This document shows, piece after piece, positions 1 to 14,257 of a DNA stretch of 64,000 bases; position 1 is the stretch's first letter, and each line of letters opens with the position of its first letter. The stretch lies in assembly GCF_009914755.1 (NCBI RefSeq), contig NC_060940.1; one strand, given 5' to 3'. A program made the translations under genes and the position numbers. Below the pieces are notes generated by a model. That model was not told where the DNA came from. It did not search any database and saw only the letters and a list, made by a program, of their open reading frames with translations. The stretch comes from the human T2T-CHM13v2.0 reference genome, Homo sapiens.

Positions 1-285
1 TCCCAGCTGCTCGGGAGGCTGAGGCAGGAGAATCAGTTGAACCCAGAACCCGGGAGGCGGAGGTTGCAGCGAGCCAAGATCATGCCATTGCACTCTAGCC
101 TGGCAATAAGAGTGAAACTCCGTCTAAAAAAAAACAAAAACAAACAAAAAAAACCCCAACAATTTGTAGACATAGGGTGTCACTATGTTGCCCAGGCTAG
201 CCTCCAACTCCCGGCTTCAAGCAATCCTCCTGCTTCGGCCTCCCAAAATGTTGGAATTACAGGCACAAGCCACCTGGCCCAGCCA
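1..285. mobile_element. Partial sense Alu (1-150) plus antisense FLAM/Alu left arm (160-285)
   Basis: Alu consensus motifs and A-tail. Confidence 0.85.
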
Positions 286-859
286 TCTACTTTATATTCA
301 AATAAAACTTTACGTCCCATTATAAAGGGAAAAAATGGCAAAAACAGGAGGTAACCATTTAACAAGAAAGCAGAGTGATGTTAGATTATAGCAAGATACT
401 GTTGACTGTAGAAGGCTCTGAGGCTAGAGAGCTGCTTTCTATAAAACGGAGTGATCATATATTAGAAGAGGTGTTAAAGACATGTTCACACCAAGCTGAG
501 ACTTCCTCCTTGATACCACCAGGAGGATGGGCAGAGACTGGAAAAGACACTAACTTTCTCCCTATGGGAGTCAGTATTATTTAGCATCACTTTGGCGGGT
601 CACCCCAAACCATCTGACTACAAGGGTACCATATTTGGGTTAACACTCTTTTGGTATAATTTATGTTTTAGTCCAATGTCTTGGGATGAAAATGACAGGT
701 GGGCCACTTATGATCTCCAGAGAAATTCAGGGCAATTTGGTGTGGGAGTAGGCATGGTAGAGGAGAGCAGCATCTAAGAAGTCCCCAGCAGAGGCTCTCA
801 GCTTGTCTTGAGGCATCTGGGCGGAGGGCTATGATACTGGCCCCATCCTGCAGAAGGTG

Positions 860-1170
860 GCAGATATTGGCAGCTGGCACCAGTGCGGTTCCATTGTGAT
901 CATCATTTCTGAACGTCAGACTGTTGAAGGTTCCCCCAACAGACTTTCTGTGCAACTTTCTGTCTTCACCAAATTCAGTCCACAGTAAGGAAGTGAAATT
1001 AATTTCAGAGGTGTAGGGAGGGCTTAAGGGAGTGTGGTAAAATTAGAGGGTGTTCAGAAACAGAAATCTGACCGCTTGGGGCCACCTTGCAGGGAGAGTT
1101 TTTTTGATGATCCCTCACTTGTTTCTTTGCATGTTGGCTTAGCTTGGCGGGCTCCCAACTGGTGACTGGT
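860..1170 (+). promoter_or_regulatory. CIITA: CIITA promoter III (B-cell/activated T-cell promoter)
   Basis: E-box CAGCTG 871-876; Ets-IRF composite GGAAGTGAAA 989-998; RUNX-like TGTGGT 1033-1038; octamer-like CTTTGCAT 1125-1132; NF1-like TTGGC-N5-CCCAA 1144-1158; directly upstream of exon 1. Confidence 0.88.
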
Positions 1171-1300
1171 TAGTGATGAGGCTAGTGATGAGGCTGTGTG
1201 CTTCTGAGCTGGGCATCCGAAGGCATCCTTGGGGAAGCTGAGGGCACGAGGAGGGGCTGCCAGACTCCGGGAGCTGCTGCCTGGCTGGGATTCCTACACA

Positions 1301-1352
1301 ATGCGTTGCCTGGCTCCACGCCCTGCTGGGTCCTACCTGTCAGAGCCCCAAG
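1301..1352 (+). CDS. CIITA: CIITA exon 1 (type III), MRCLAPRPAGSYLSEPQ+G
   Basis: ATG at 1301, 52 nt, donor AG|GTAAAA at 1353. Confidence 0.96.
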
Positions 1353-2699
1353 GTAAAAAGGCCGGGAAAGCATCTTAATTTAGCGTGCAGTCTCAGCTGG
1401 TCCTGCCATTCCAGATAAACAGAGAAACCATTCTGAATTGGGGATGGGGGTGAGGATGGGAACAGGAGTCTGTGTCCTGCTGGGGCAGGCCATTGGAAGA
1501 TGTGAAAGAGTTGTCTATTTCCTTCCACCGGAGGGAGACTTCAGGTCAGCCAGGTGTCTGGAGTATGAACCATGTATCAGCACCGAAAGGTTCTAGAAGT
1601 CAGACTTTCGGGCAGTGTGTCACTAACTCTCAGCATGCTGGCCTGGCTCGGCCCACAGCAAGGTCTTCTCGCCTCCCTTTGGGTAAATACTGAGGGGTGC
1701 CTCTGCAGGACGGGACCTCTGCCAGACTCCACTCCATACCCAGAGAAGCAGGGAAACCAAAATTGGAGTCAGCCTTGAGGTGTAGCTGTTGAGCCCTCAG
1801 CAGCTGGGGAGAGCTGGCGGATGCTGCCCTCCCCCCAGTTTCCTAATGGTGTTGTTTAAAAAGGGTCAGGGGACGGGGGAACAGATGGTGGGAAGAGCAC
1901 AGTGCAGACACCTGGCACCGGCTCTGAAGGCAGCATGGCAGCTACACCGTTGGCTGGGAAGGGTGTGCCCCTGAAGAAGTCGTTTACATTCTCGAGTCAA
2001 TTTTCCTGGAGTGTACAATGGACCTGTGGGAAAGCCTGTATGAAAGGGTAATGATGAGGGACCTAGCACAGTGTCCAATATTTTATAGGAACTGGAATTG
2101 AGCTCATAGGAGCTCAATTTTATTGGCATTGCTGTTGTTGGATGGTTAAAGGGGTGGTATCCCTTTTCTCAGACTCCCCTGAAATGTATGGTTTGCTTTG
2201 AACCCAGAGACTGATGACAGGTCTGCCGGTGTGGTTGGGTGCAGCCTTAAGTTGCTACGGGAAAGTGTTGGAGGGGGAGAAGTCAGAGGTAACCTTGCCC
2301 CCTCCCTCAATTCCAGATGAGGAAATTCAGGCCTGAAAAGGGAAAGTGACCACCTCAAAGTCTCATGCCTTGGAGGACCCAGCAGGAATCCAAGACCTCT
2401 GAAAAGGACCGGCAGGGCTCTTGCCACGGCTGGGGGTGTGGTCATGGTAACACAGGTTTTCCATCCATGGAAGGTACCTGAGGGATTTTCTCTTCCTCCC
2501 TAGGGCCAGCATCAGAGGAGTGAATAGCTCAGTTAGCTCATCTCAGGGGCCATGTGCCCTCGGAGGTGGTTTGCCACTTTCACGGTTGGACTGAGTTGGA
2601 GAGAAACAGAGACCCACCCAGGGGTGGGGACAAGCTCCCTGCAACTCAGGACTTGCAGATCACTTGCCCAAGTGGCTCCCTAGCTCCTGGCTCCTGGCC

Positions 2700-2930
2700 C
2701 GGGGCCTGGGACTCTCCCCGAAGTGGGGCTGGCCACTGTGAGGAACCGACTGGAGGCAGGGACCTCTTGGATGCCCCAGGCAGTTGGGATGCCACTTCTG
2801 ATAAAGCACGTGGTGGCCACAGTAGGTGCTTGGTTGCTCCACAGCCTGGCCCGAGCTCAGCGCTGCAGAAAGAAAGTGAAAGGGAAAAAGAACTGCGGGG
2901 AGGCGGGGAGGTAGGATGACCAGCGGACGA
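2700..2930 (+). promoter_or_regulatory. CIITA: CIITA promoter IV (IFN-gamma inducible): GAS, E-box, IRF-E
   Basis: GAS TTCTGATAA 2796-2804 next to E-box CACGTG 2807-2812; IRF element GAAAGTGAAAGG 2872-2883; kB-like GGGACTCTCC 2708-2717. This is the established STAT1/USF1/IRF1 architecture. Confidence 0.93.
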
Positions 2931-3450
2931 GCTGCCACAGACTTGCCGCGGCCCCAGAGCTGGCGGGAGGGAGAGGCCACCAGCAGCGCGCGCGGGAGCC
3001 CGGGGAACAGCGGTAGGTGACCAAAGTCTCCTCTGTAACCCCTAAGGTCGGGCTGAGAATCGAGGCTCCGAGACTGTCAGCTACTTGCTCAAGGTCACAC
3101 AGCAAGTCTGGGAGGATGGGGGGATGGAATATGCAAAATGTAGGGCCGGGAAACACCTCGTTTCCAGCATCCCCGCAACGACTCTGCGCGGGAACCAGGA
3201 GCCGGGAACCCGGAGCTTGGCTTGCTGTGCCCAGAGCTCCGGGGCCGTGGGCGGGTGGCAGGAAAGCCTGGCGGCAGCTTCTGCAGAGAAGCCGGAGCGC
3301 AGACTGGGAGCGCGGAGCAGACACACTCCCCCGGCCACCCTTGGCCGACTCCGCGCGCCCGGGATCCTGCAGAGGTGCGCGCCCTTCTTGTACGCCAGAC
3401 TTTGGACCAGGGCCGCCGTTCCCTGAGCTTCACTTTCCCTGTTGGGTCAT
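2890..3450. promoter_or_regulatory. CpG-rich island over pIV exon and start of intron
   Basis: Dense CpG (GCGCGCGCGG, CCGCGCGCCC etc.) compared with CpG-poor flanks. Confidence 0.75.
2930..3012 (+). other. CIITA: CIITA type IV non-coding first exon (start approximate)
   Basis: Follows pIV elements; donor CG|GTAGGT at 3013; translation would start at exon-2 ATG 19270 (GCCACCATGG). Confidence 0.75.
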
Positions 3451-4960
3451 ATTCCATCTCTAACTCTGGAATCTTGGGTATTGGGCTCTCCAGGCGGGGG
3501 GCCCTGCTCAGGGAGGCAGTAGGGAGCCAAACCTTTAACCAGAGGATGGGATAAGTCCTCAACTCTCGTTGAACATCTTGGCGAAGGTGTGTGTTGTTGG
3601 GAGGGGTGGGGGAGGGATCCCCCCGGACTGAACCGATCTCTTGATCTCTCACTTCTCTACCTCGCTTTGGGGCCCTGAGTCACACCCTCTAAGGAGAGAG
3701 GCTAAAGCGCCCCGAAAAGCCAGCATGCGAATGCCGGGGTGGGAGTGGGAGATTGGATCTCCCTGGGGTCCAGGAAAGCCGGAATCGGAGCCACCATGCT
3801 TAGCTTAGTCTGGAACTCTTAAAAGCCGCGGTCCTCCTGAGTCCCACAGCCCCTCTCCACCCTAGGTGGCACAGGAGAGGTGGCAAAAGCCTAGAAGTTC
3901 AAGGCATGGCTCCCTCCCCAGCCGCAGCCTGGAGTGTCTAACTTTGGCAGGAAGTCTTCCGTTTCTGCTCCCCACTCCAGAGAAAAAATAAATAAATACT
4001 TCTCCGGAGTGAGATTAAGGAAACAGGTACTTCTTCCTCTTGGAGAAAGAGGAGCCAAAGGAACTTGACTCCAACAAATGATCACCTTGCAAACCCCCGG
4101 CTCCCTTAGGGGATGACCTGGTCTCCAACAATCTCAGAGCGTTTGGAGGCAGGGTCTTTGGAGATGACTGAGTGGGGAATCCCAGGCTCCCCACACATGA
4201 ACATCACCTGGGATGATCAACCTGTTCAGGATGTAGGTTCCCGGGCTCACCCCCAGGCCCGGTTGGCTAGGCCTGGGGTGAGGCTGAGATCCTGCAGGTT
4301 AAACCATCTATCCCAGGTGACTCCAATGTTCGTTTGTGGGGCAAAAGTCCCTCAAGTCAGAGACACTGGGAGGCGCTGATGTGGTCTCATCTCTTTACTC
4401 TCTCCCTGTTACAAAACCTCTATCAGAAAAGGAGTACCAGGAGGTGTTTTGTTTTGTTTTGCTTAACACCACATAGCAAGCAGTTTGCAGACGCAGGATT
4501 TGAACCCTGGTCTACTGAGAGCCCAGCCCAGTGCAGCAAGCAGATGTGAACCTCCACAAATGCAGGGCAGGTCCCAGGCAGTCAGAGAGAAACCTGTTGA
4601 TACCCAGTCTGTCTGATGGCTGGGGCTTGGTTTCATGTCCTAAGACCCAGCCTCAGATACCTTGAGAAGAGCAGAATCAGAAATTAACCCAAGGAAACTC
4701 TGGATTAGTTCCAGGCAATCAGGGAAGTGGCTGGAGGGAGGTAGGAAACTTCTGGACTTAGCCTCAGATTTGCCTTGAGTCACACTGACAAGTGACTTCC
4801 CCTCTCTGAGGTTCATCTGTAAAATGGATAAAACATGAGAGCTTGCTTGATGATGTCTGATGTGTACAGAAAAAGCACTTTAGAAAACCACCAAAGAATA
4901 TTCATGCATTGGGAATAATTATTATAGATCCTAAAGGGATTGTTTAGAAAGATCAGAGAG

Positions 4961-5280
4961 GGGCCGGGAGCAGTGGTTCACACCTGTAATCCTAGCACTT
5001 TGGGAGGCCGAAGCGGGTGGATTGCTTGAGGCCAGGAGTTCAAGACCAGCCTGGGCAACCTGGAGAAACCCCAACTCTACTAAAACACTTTTTTGTGTTT
5101 TAGCCGGGCATGGTGGTGCACACCTGTAATCTCAACTACTTGGGAGGCTGAGGCACGAGAATCACTTGAACCCAAGAGGCGGAGTTTACCCGAGAGGTGG
5201 AGGTTACCCGAGAGCTGAGATTGCACCACTGCACGCCAGCCTGGGCAACAGAGCAAGACTGTCTCAGGAAAAAAAAAAGA
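4961..5280 (+). mobile_element. Alu
   Basis: GGCCGGG...A-tail; small internal tandem duplication. Confidence 0.9.
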
Positions 5281-5619
5281 GAGAGAAAAAAGTCAGAGAG
5301 GAAAGCATAGGCAGATGGGAGGTTTCCAAAGACCAAGACACACACAGTCAAAAGACAGTTCAGAAAGGGGCATTAGTTACCACCGATTCTCATAGGAAGG
5401 ACATAGATAGTTTTCAGATTCCTGCAATCCTTCTGACATCAAGGACAAAGTCTCTGATTTTCCCTGATGTTTGACAGTGCCCTAATGCTTGCTAAGATTT
5501 CTTTTTAACAAAGTGGTAAAGAAGCTGAGATTATTTTAGTAACATTGTTTCTTTTTCAACCACAAGTGATACTGTTGGTTTGGTTTTGCTTTTCCGTTTA
5601 TACATGGAAAAAAAAGTTT

Positions 5620-6130
5620 TCTTTTTGTAAAATCATGGTAAAATACATATAACATAAAATTTACCATTTTAACCACTTTCAAATGTACATTTCAGTGGCA
5701 TTAAATATTTCAAACTGTTGTGCAACCTCCGCTACCATCCATCTCCAGAACTTTTTCATCCTCCCAAACTGAAACTCTACCCAATAAGCAATAACTCCCC
5801 ACTGCCCCTTCCACCCAGCTCGTGGTAACTCCAACTTCCTGTCTCTATGTTTTGGGCTACTCTAGACACCGCCTATAAATAGAATTACGTGATATTTGTC
5901 TTTTTGTGCCTGGCTTCTTTCACTTAGCATAATGTCTTCCAGGTTCATCCATGTCGTGCCATGTGTAATTCCTTTCTATGGCGGAATAGTATTCTAATAT
6001 GTGGATATCCCATATTTTGTTCATCCATTCATTTGTTGATAGACACTTGGGTTGTTCCTACCTCTTGACTATTGTGAATAATCTTGCTAGGTACATGGGT
6101 GGACAAATATCTGTCTGACTCCCCGCTTTC
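5620..6130 (-). mobile_element. Old L1 (L1M) 3' fragment
   Basis: Typical L1M 3'UTR text (CTGGCTTCTTTCACTTAGCATAATG, GGTTCATCCATGT). Confidence 0.75.
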
Positions 6131-6415
6131 AACTCTAGAAAGCTTTCTTTTAAAATCGGTCTATTTAAGTTTCTTTAAAAAGTTAATTTAAGAAAAATAC
6201 TAAGGTAAATTGTAGAACAGGTGATATGTCAATATGACCCCAAAAATTGTAAAGATGGAAGACGAATGCCTGCAGTTTGGGAAACCGGATGAGAGGAAAG
6301 ACCTGGAAGCTATTGTAAAATCTATGCTGAGGGTCTGGTGACTACTAGACCAAGGGCATGGCAGCAGAGGGCAGCTGAAAGACTTCAGGAAGGAAAGATA
6401 TAAGAATTAAGAAAG

Positions 6416-6980
<565 letters not shown>

Positions 6981-7849
6981 TCACTCACAGCCAAGCCTGC
7001 CGATGGCTGGACTCCGTAGTCAGATCTCAGCAAGCAGGACTGGCTCGTGGTTCATCTTGGGGTCTCCAGCACCCAGCAGAGTGCTGGCGGGGGGACTGTG
7101 TTAAGTAGAGCCGGATGGGTCAGGACTGGAGTGTGGGGCCTGGCTTTGCTAACTGCAGTCACAAGATCCTCATCACTCCACCCCCTACCCCAGCACCAGG
7201 GTCAGGTTCCCTTCCAGGAAAAACTTGTTGGACTCCTTTCCAGGTCATTGACTGCAGTTAGGAGTGGCATGCAGAAGGGAGGCTATCTGGAGCTGGGACA
7301 GACCAGGCAAGCGGGGAAGGGAACTCTTATCCCAACCCTGCATTCTGGACAGGGACCGAAGGTCTCCTGGCTGCAGCTCATACAGCTCATCTTCATTCTC
7401 ATCCTGGGACCACCAGGCCCCTCACCCACAATAACTTTACCCTTTACTGGCAAATGCACAAGCTGGAGATGATGGCCCATTCGAGTTTTAAGATTTTCCA
7501 AGTTGTTATGAGGTCAGTGTCCTCAATCGGGACCCAGAGAAGATAGGTGGCTTGCCTGAACTTTCAGAGGGGGCATCTGTGGTGTCTTTTGTGGGGTCCT
7601 GTAGGATTTCCACGTCCCTCTTGGAGGAAAAATAGAAGTAAGTTGTCTCAGGTCAGATTGTCTGGGAAGCCAAGTAGGAGATGGAGATTTGCATATAGGA
7701 GGTTTACTGGGGACATTCACAGGAGGGAACACCCGAAGGAAAAGGGAAGAAAGCAGGGTTGGGAAGCAGCAGGAGTTGAGGTGCAATGCAGTCACAACAG
7801 AGGTCTTAGCCAATCCCATAGGGAGCACTCAAGCTGGGACAGCAAGGAA

Positions 7850-8095
7850 GCTAGACCTTCACATCCCTCATCTACCTCCGTCCTCCCATACAGGCATAGC
7901 CTCCCCCATGATGAACACTCAGCACCAGACTGATACATTTGTTATAATCAATGAACGTACATTGATGCATCATTATTACCCAAGGTCCATGGTTTGTTTA
8001 CATGAGGGTTTACTCTTGGTGTTGTACATTCTGTGGGTTTGGACAGATACATGATGTAATGTATATGACATTATAGTATCACACAGACTCATTTC
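7850..8095 (-). mobile_element. L1M 3' fragment
   Basis: TACATTTGTTATAATCAATGAAC...CATCATTATTACCC...GTTGTACATTCTGTGGGTTTGGAC. Confidence 0.65.
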
Positions 8096-8399
8096 ACTTG
8101 TGACTGAGCTTGTCCTTCTTTCTTTAACCTGCCTCCAACTGCTGAGAAGCCCTTTGGCTAGGGATTGCAGCCAATTTTAATTTGTTTTCCACTTTCCTGC
8201 TCTGAAGTTACTTTGTTTGCCAGAGGCTGGTTGGTTCAAACCCAAAGGGCAGGGAGCTGCAATGGAAATCCATTCAACGGTGCTGGAATTGGGATGGCAA
8301 AAAGGAGCAGCAGGCAGGTGTCAGCAGGGAGCAGCTCTTTGCATCCCACAGTTCCCAGGGAGCTTACCATTCTTTCATTCATTCATTCATCCTTTCATT

Positions 8400-8675
8400 T
8401 ATGAGACAAAGTCTCACTCTGTTGCCCAGGTTGGAGTGCAGTGGCACAGTCATTGCTCACTGCAGCCTCAAGCTCCTGAGCTCAAGCCATCCTCCTGCCT
8501 CAGCCTCCCAAGTAGCCGAGACTACAAGGGCACTCCACCACACCCAGCTAATTTTTGTATCTTTTATTTCTGAAGAGATGGGGTTTCACTATGTTGCCCA
8601 GGCTGGTCTCAAACTCCTGGCCTCAAGTCATCCTCCCTCCTCAGCCTCCCAAAGTGCTGGGATTACAGGTGTGAT
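8400..8675 (-). mobile_element. Alu (J-like)
   Basis: Antisense Alu consensus. Confidence 0.88.
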
Positions 8676-10026
8676 CTCAGACAGCTTACCTCTTAATCAC
8701 CTTTCCATCTGAGCTGGCAGCAGAGCTGGGAAAGTGCACCCAACACCCCAGATGCTGCAACTTTAGTGCTTCCTGCTCCTTCTCTGTGTGGAACTGGCCT
8801 GTTTGGGTACCCAGGGCCAGTCCCCTCCAAGACCCTCTGTAGAAAAAGACCCTACTGTACACCTCAATTCCATTGCAGGACAGGACATAATTGAATCCTG
8901 CCTCTCCCTGCCCCAGTCACCCATCCCTCCCAAGCCATTATCTTGGGACCTGCAAGGGCCTCCAAGCCAAGGGTGGCAAATCCAAATACCAAAGGGGTCA
9001 TAATGATGTAAAATGTGTCCAGGCAGAAGGCAATAGGGAGTAGTGGGGCCTCTGGTAACAATTGTGTGTACTCTATATAGAGACATTGTGATGGTGATTT
9101 AGACACACACACACTTATATTGGCTTGGGAAACAAAACAAATAGGCCTATCGACTGGATTCAACTTTTGATTTTGCAGCCAAGCCCCTGTGGCACAGCTG
9201 AGGAGCTTGCAGGTCAGAAAGGGGATTTAGAGCCAACCAATAGCAATATCTCCAGACCTCTCCTGACACGAAGCTCATCTGACCTCCTGCCCCCATTACA
9301 CACATACACATGCACACACATGCATGCAGGCACATGCACGCACGTCTTCTAGTCTCCCTGCCTTGAGGACAAATGATCAGATCCTGCAACTGTTTCCAGG
9401 CCCATAAGCCCCTGAGCATTGCAGTGTTGCTACATGCCTTAGTTTCCTCTCCGTCTCCTGTGACCTCCTCGTGCCACTCCAGGAAGTGAAAGTCTTGAGT
9501 GAGACCAGTAGTTTCTCTTAAGTCCTCTCTCTGTCTCGTTCTCCTGGGATATCTACACTTGGTTTGCAAACAGCAGGCTGGAGAGTGAGGGGCTTCTTCC
9601 TCTACATCCAGCTCCTCCCCCATCCTGCTCCAAGTCCAGCATGTTCCTATCTCTTCCCCAGGACCCTGGGCTCTTGGGCACAAATCAAGCCATCACCAGA
9701 CAGCCTGTGGGGTGGCAAGAGCAGAGGTTTGTTTCTTTGTGAACATCTATAGGTACCAGGCTCTGTGCAGGCCCTATTGTTGGTGAGCCATAGAGGTACC
9801 AACCTCACCCCATGAATCCTCCTTTGTTTCTTTTCTTTTCAACCCCTGGGCCTTTAAACCTTCGATTAACTGCCCAGTGCAGCCCAGGTCATGGTACACT
9901 ATGATCTTTGGTTCACATGAGGGTTTTCTCTTCATTAATGTCCCTATTTCCCATACTGGGTGCCCATTCTAATGCATTTCAGGTGTATCTTTCTGTTTGT
10001 ATGTGCTCTTATAAAACATGTTTTGC

Positions 10027-10208
10027 CTTTTTTTTTTTTTTTTTAGATGGAGTCTCACTCTGTCACCCAGGCTGAGTTTTCTATTTTTAGTAGAGATGGG
10101 GTTTTACCACCTTGGCCAGGCTGGTCTCAAACTCCTGACCTCAGGTGATCCACCCGCCTCGGCCTCCCAAAGTGCTGGAATTACAGGTGCGAGTCACCAC
10201 GCCTGGCC
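10027..10208 (-). mobile_element. Alu with internal deletion
   Basis: Poly-T, right arm truncated after CAGGCTG, left arm intact. Confidence 0.85.
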
Positions 10209-11334
10209 ACAGTTTCTTACTTTTGCATTCTGTACTATGTTTTTAGGATCTACTTGCCTTGCTTCTGATGCATTTGATCTTTGCTTCTAATCACGGACAT
10301 TGTTCTCTATGGAGTGCAGGGGTTACTTTTCACCTGTCCACACCCCCAGTGATGGACACCTAGGTGACCTCCAACTCTCTGTCACCACAAATAACACAGC
10401 AGTAACCATCCTCAGATGGGTTCTCCTGGGGAGTTGTGGGAACATTTCTTCAGGATATATAGACCCAAGAGCTGAATTGCCAGGTGGTAGGATCTACATA
10501 TCCTTAGATATTCTACATGATGCCAGGTCGTTCTCCAGAGCGGCCCCATCCATCTACATTCCCACAAACCCGTGTAACCAACACTTGGCATTTCCCAGAT
10601 GTCTAACTTTTGCCAGTTGTACAGTATCAAGTGTCACTTTGCTGTTTTATTTTTGGAGTTTACATCTTAGTACCACTTACTCGCTAAGTCACTTTAGGTA
10701 AGTCACAACAACCCAGTGACATAAGCACTGTGCCAACAAAATGCAGTCGATTCTGTGACTCAGAGAGGTTGAGTAACATTTGCAAAGTCACACAGCAAGT
10801 GTGGAACTAAGATTTGAACCCAGAGCCTGCACCCTTAACCACTATGCTATTATTATGTTTTGTCTCTCTCCTAAAATATCATCTGGGTCTACATTGCAAG
10901 CCTCTTTGGCAGGGACTGTGTGGTAAACCTCTTTGGGGCCAGTAAGGAACTGAGCTCAGTGACTTTCTTACGGGGTGCTCAGTGAATCATTGTTTTACAG
11001 CTTTAGAGGGGAAAAGTGAGAGATGTTTCTTAGAGTTTATCTGGAGGACTACAGGGTGCATGAGCAAAAGCGGAACTCATTTGAGCTACTACCCCCACAA
11101 AGAAGCTGTTTGGGGTCTGGTCATGGTAGATAGGCATTCCTAGGCCCCTGGCTTCCCAACACCATTTGGCCCCCGGAAGCAGCTTGTCATGAGGTTGGGG
11201 AGCAGGTTGGTGTTGGGGGGGGCCTTGGGGGAAAGGAAAAGGAGAAGACTGCCAGGCAACGAGGAATCAGAATCTCAAAAAGACTCAATTGAAGGGGCTC
11301 CAACACTCGTTGAAACGGAGGCTCAGAGGGCTAA

Positions 11335-11781
<447 letters not shown>

Positions 11782-12039
11782 TAATCACAGTTCAGAGCAG
11801 TGCTGGAGGCTTTTAGGGGTAGCAAAAGAGCCTTCTTCTCCCTTTCAGTGCCTCCTTAGACCCTCAAAGATAGACTCCCCGCCTCTGGGAAGAAAACATC
11901 TAATGAACTGGACGTAATCTCAGCGCCTGCGTCTGTAAAATGGCTATAATAACAACAATCTCCCAGAGTTGCCGTTAACAGTTGAAACAGAATAGTAAAT
12001 GCAAGGCATCTAGCACAGCCCCAGACACAGAGAAATCTC

Positions 12040-12350
12040 CCCTGGTCACTCTCACAGAGGTAAGAAGCACATTAATAATAAAAATGGTCATCACGCATAT
12101 TGTACTCACCATGCAGAAGTTGTGCTGCCTTAAGCTACTGTTCATTGAGCACTTACTGGTCGCCAGTCCCCTTTCTAAGGGCTCCATGCAACTTAACTCC
12201 CCTAATCCTATGAGTTGCCAATTATTATCCCCCACTTTACAGATAAGGAAACTGAGGCTCCAAGTGGTTTAAAAAATGAACTTACCCAGATTGTAGTGCG
12301 TTGGTAGGTAGGGATAACCTGAAAGTTGGGAAATTTCACCCCAAAGCTCA
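12040..12350 (+). repeat. Local direct duplication, copy 1 (partner 14668-14978), partly MIR-derived
   Basis: Colinear match by eye, roughly 80-85% identity. Confidence 0.85.
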
Positions 12351-13386
12351 CCATCTGAGCTCCATTCATCTCCCACCAGCTGAGATGGAACGTTATGCTG
12401 TTCCCAGAAGAGATGCATGCACTGATCTTCAGATAGTTTAAGTCTGAGTTAGAACATTGTGGCGACACCTGATTTCCCTCGGGGGAGAGAGAGGTGAATT
12501 GTTATTTCAGACACCTGTTTAGTGTCTACACTTAGCCTTTCAAATCCTGCATGCAGTGTGAAGTGGGGATGAAAATAAACCCCAAAAAGGACTTTTGATG
12601 GCAAAAAGATCAGGAATATTTTCTCGAGTTGGATGTGGAAGGTGGTGGCCCAGGGGGAAGCACAGTTTCAAAGAGGACCTTCTAAAAATACTGCCCATTT
12701 ACCAAAAAGACACAGACCGCGCCTCTGCCCTGCCCCCACATGGCTCCTCAAAAGGAGAAATTGTCTTGCCACCCACGCCTTCCCTCGCCGGGGTGCTGGG
12801 GGGCCAACAGCAATTCAAAAAGGCTATAGAGTGGGCTGAGACTTTGGAGATGGGTAGTTTGGTTCAAATCTCAGCCCACTAATCCCTCTGAGCCTGTCTC
12901 TTCATCTGAAAAACAGGAATACAAATAGCTGATGTGTAAGTTAGACCAAATGGGGTAATGCCTACGAGTCATGTCATTTGGTACCTGGCACTTGCTGGAC
13001 ACTGTGAATTCTAGTTCTATATCATTGCCACGGATGAAGAGAGGCTGCCATGCGCAGAAACATGCTGAGAGCTGGGAGAAGGTGAGCTAGAGGGATACAG
13101 TCCCTGCCCTCAGGGAGAGCTGAAGGGCTCTCTCTCCTGCCACGGGATGATCAGGGCCATCTTTTCCCTCCATCCCGCTCTGGCAATGTGGTTTGGAGAA
13201 ACAGTCCAATGAAGGGGCCTTTGAAGCACTTCCTAAGCATCTATAGACATAGGAAACTTGGCTCTGGGGATAGAGGAAGGTCCCATGCCAAGATTCAAGT
13301 AGATCTTGGTGTGACTGGGAGGCAGCTGTGGCGTTGTGGGGAAACCTAGAGTCTTGGGCCTGAATTTCAGCTTTGACACCCTCTAA

Positions 13387-13823
<437 letters not shown>

Positions 13824-14257
13824 TGACTTGGCTAAGGCATCACAGCCAGAATTCAGATGCAAGCTCCTAAACCACATGACCTTGGACAAGCCATTTCACT
13901 GAGGCGTGTGAACCTCCTCTAAGCTCAAATGGGCATAACACTCTACCCTGCCTTTTCCCCAGAGCTTTTTGGGAACTCAGATGGTGTGGAGGATGGAGGC
14001 AGAAGTCCACTGTGAGCTGCAAATCCTTGATCACCCAAGAGGAAGTGCTTAAGGTGCAGGCTTCAGTCTTAGGGAAGCAGGAAGTGGGGCGCTGAAATGT
14101 GTATTGGGGGCTTCTGGGAGGGGGTTTCTTCTTGTCCAGGTTGAGCCAATGACGCAGATCTTAGGCCCTCTGGTGACTTTTTGCCCAGGCAACTTCTCAG
14201 TGGTGGTGATGGGGAGCGTGGCCAGACCATCCAAGCTGCCCTGCTGGCTGTGGGGGC

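Noticed and set aside
290-860. CIITA promoter II or TATA-like TATAAAA near 440
   Set aside because: Cannot assign from sequence alone; promoter I and the CARD exon are not seen in this window.
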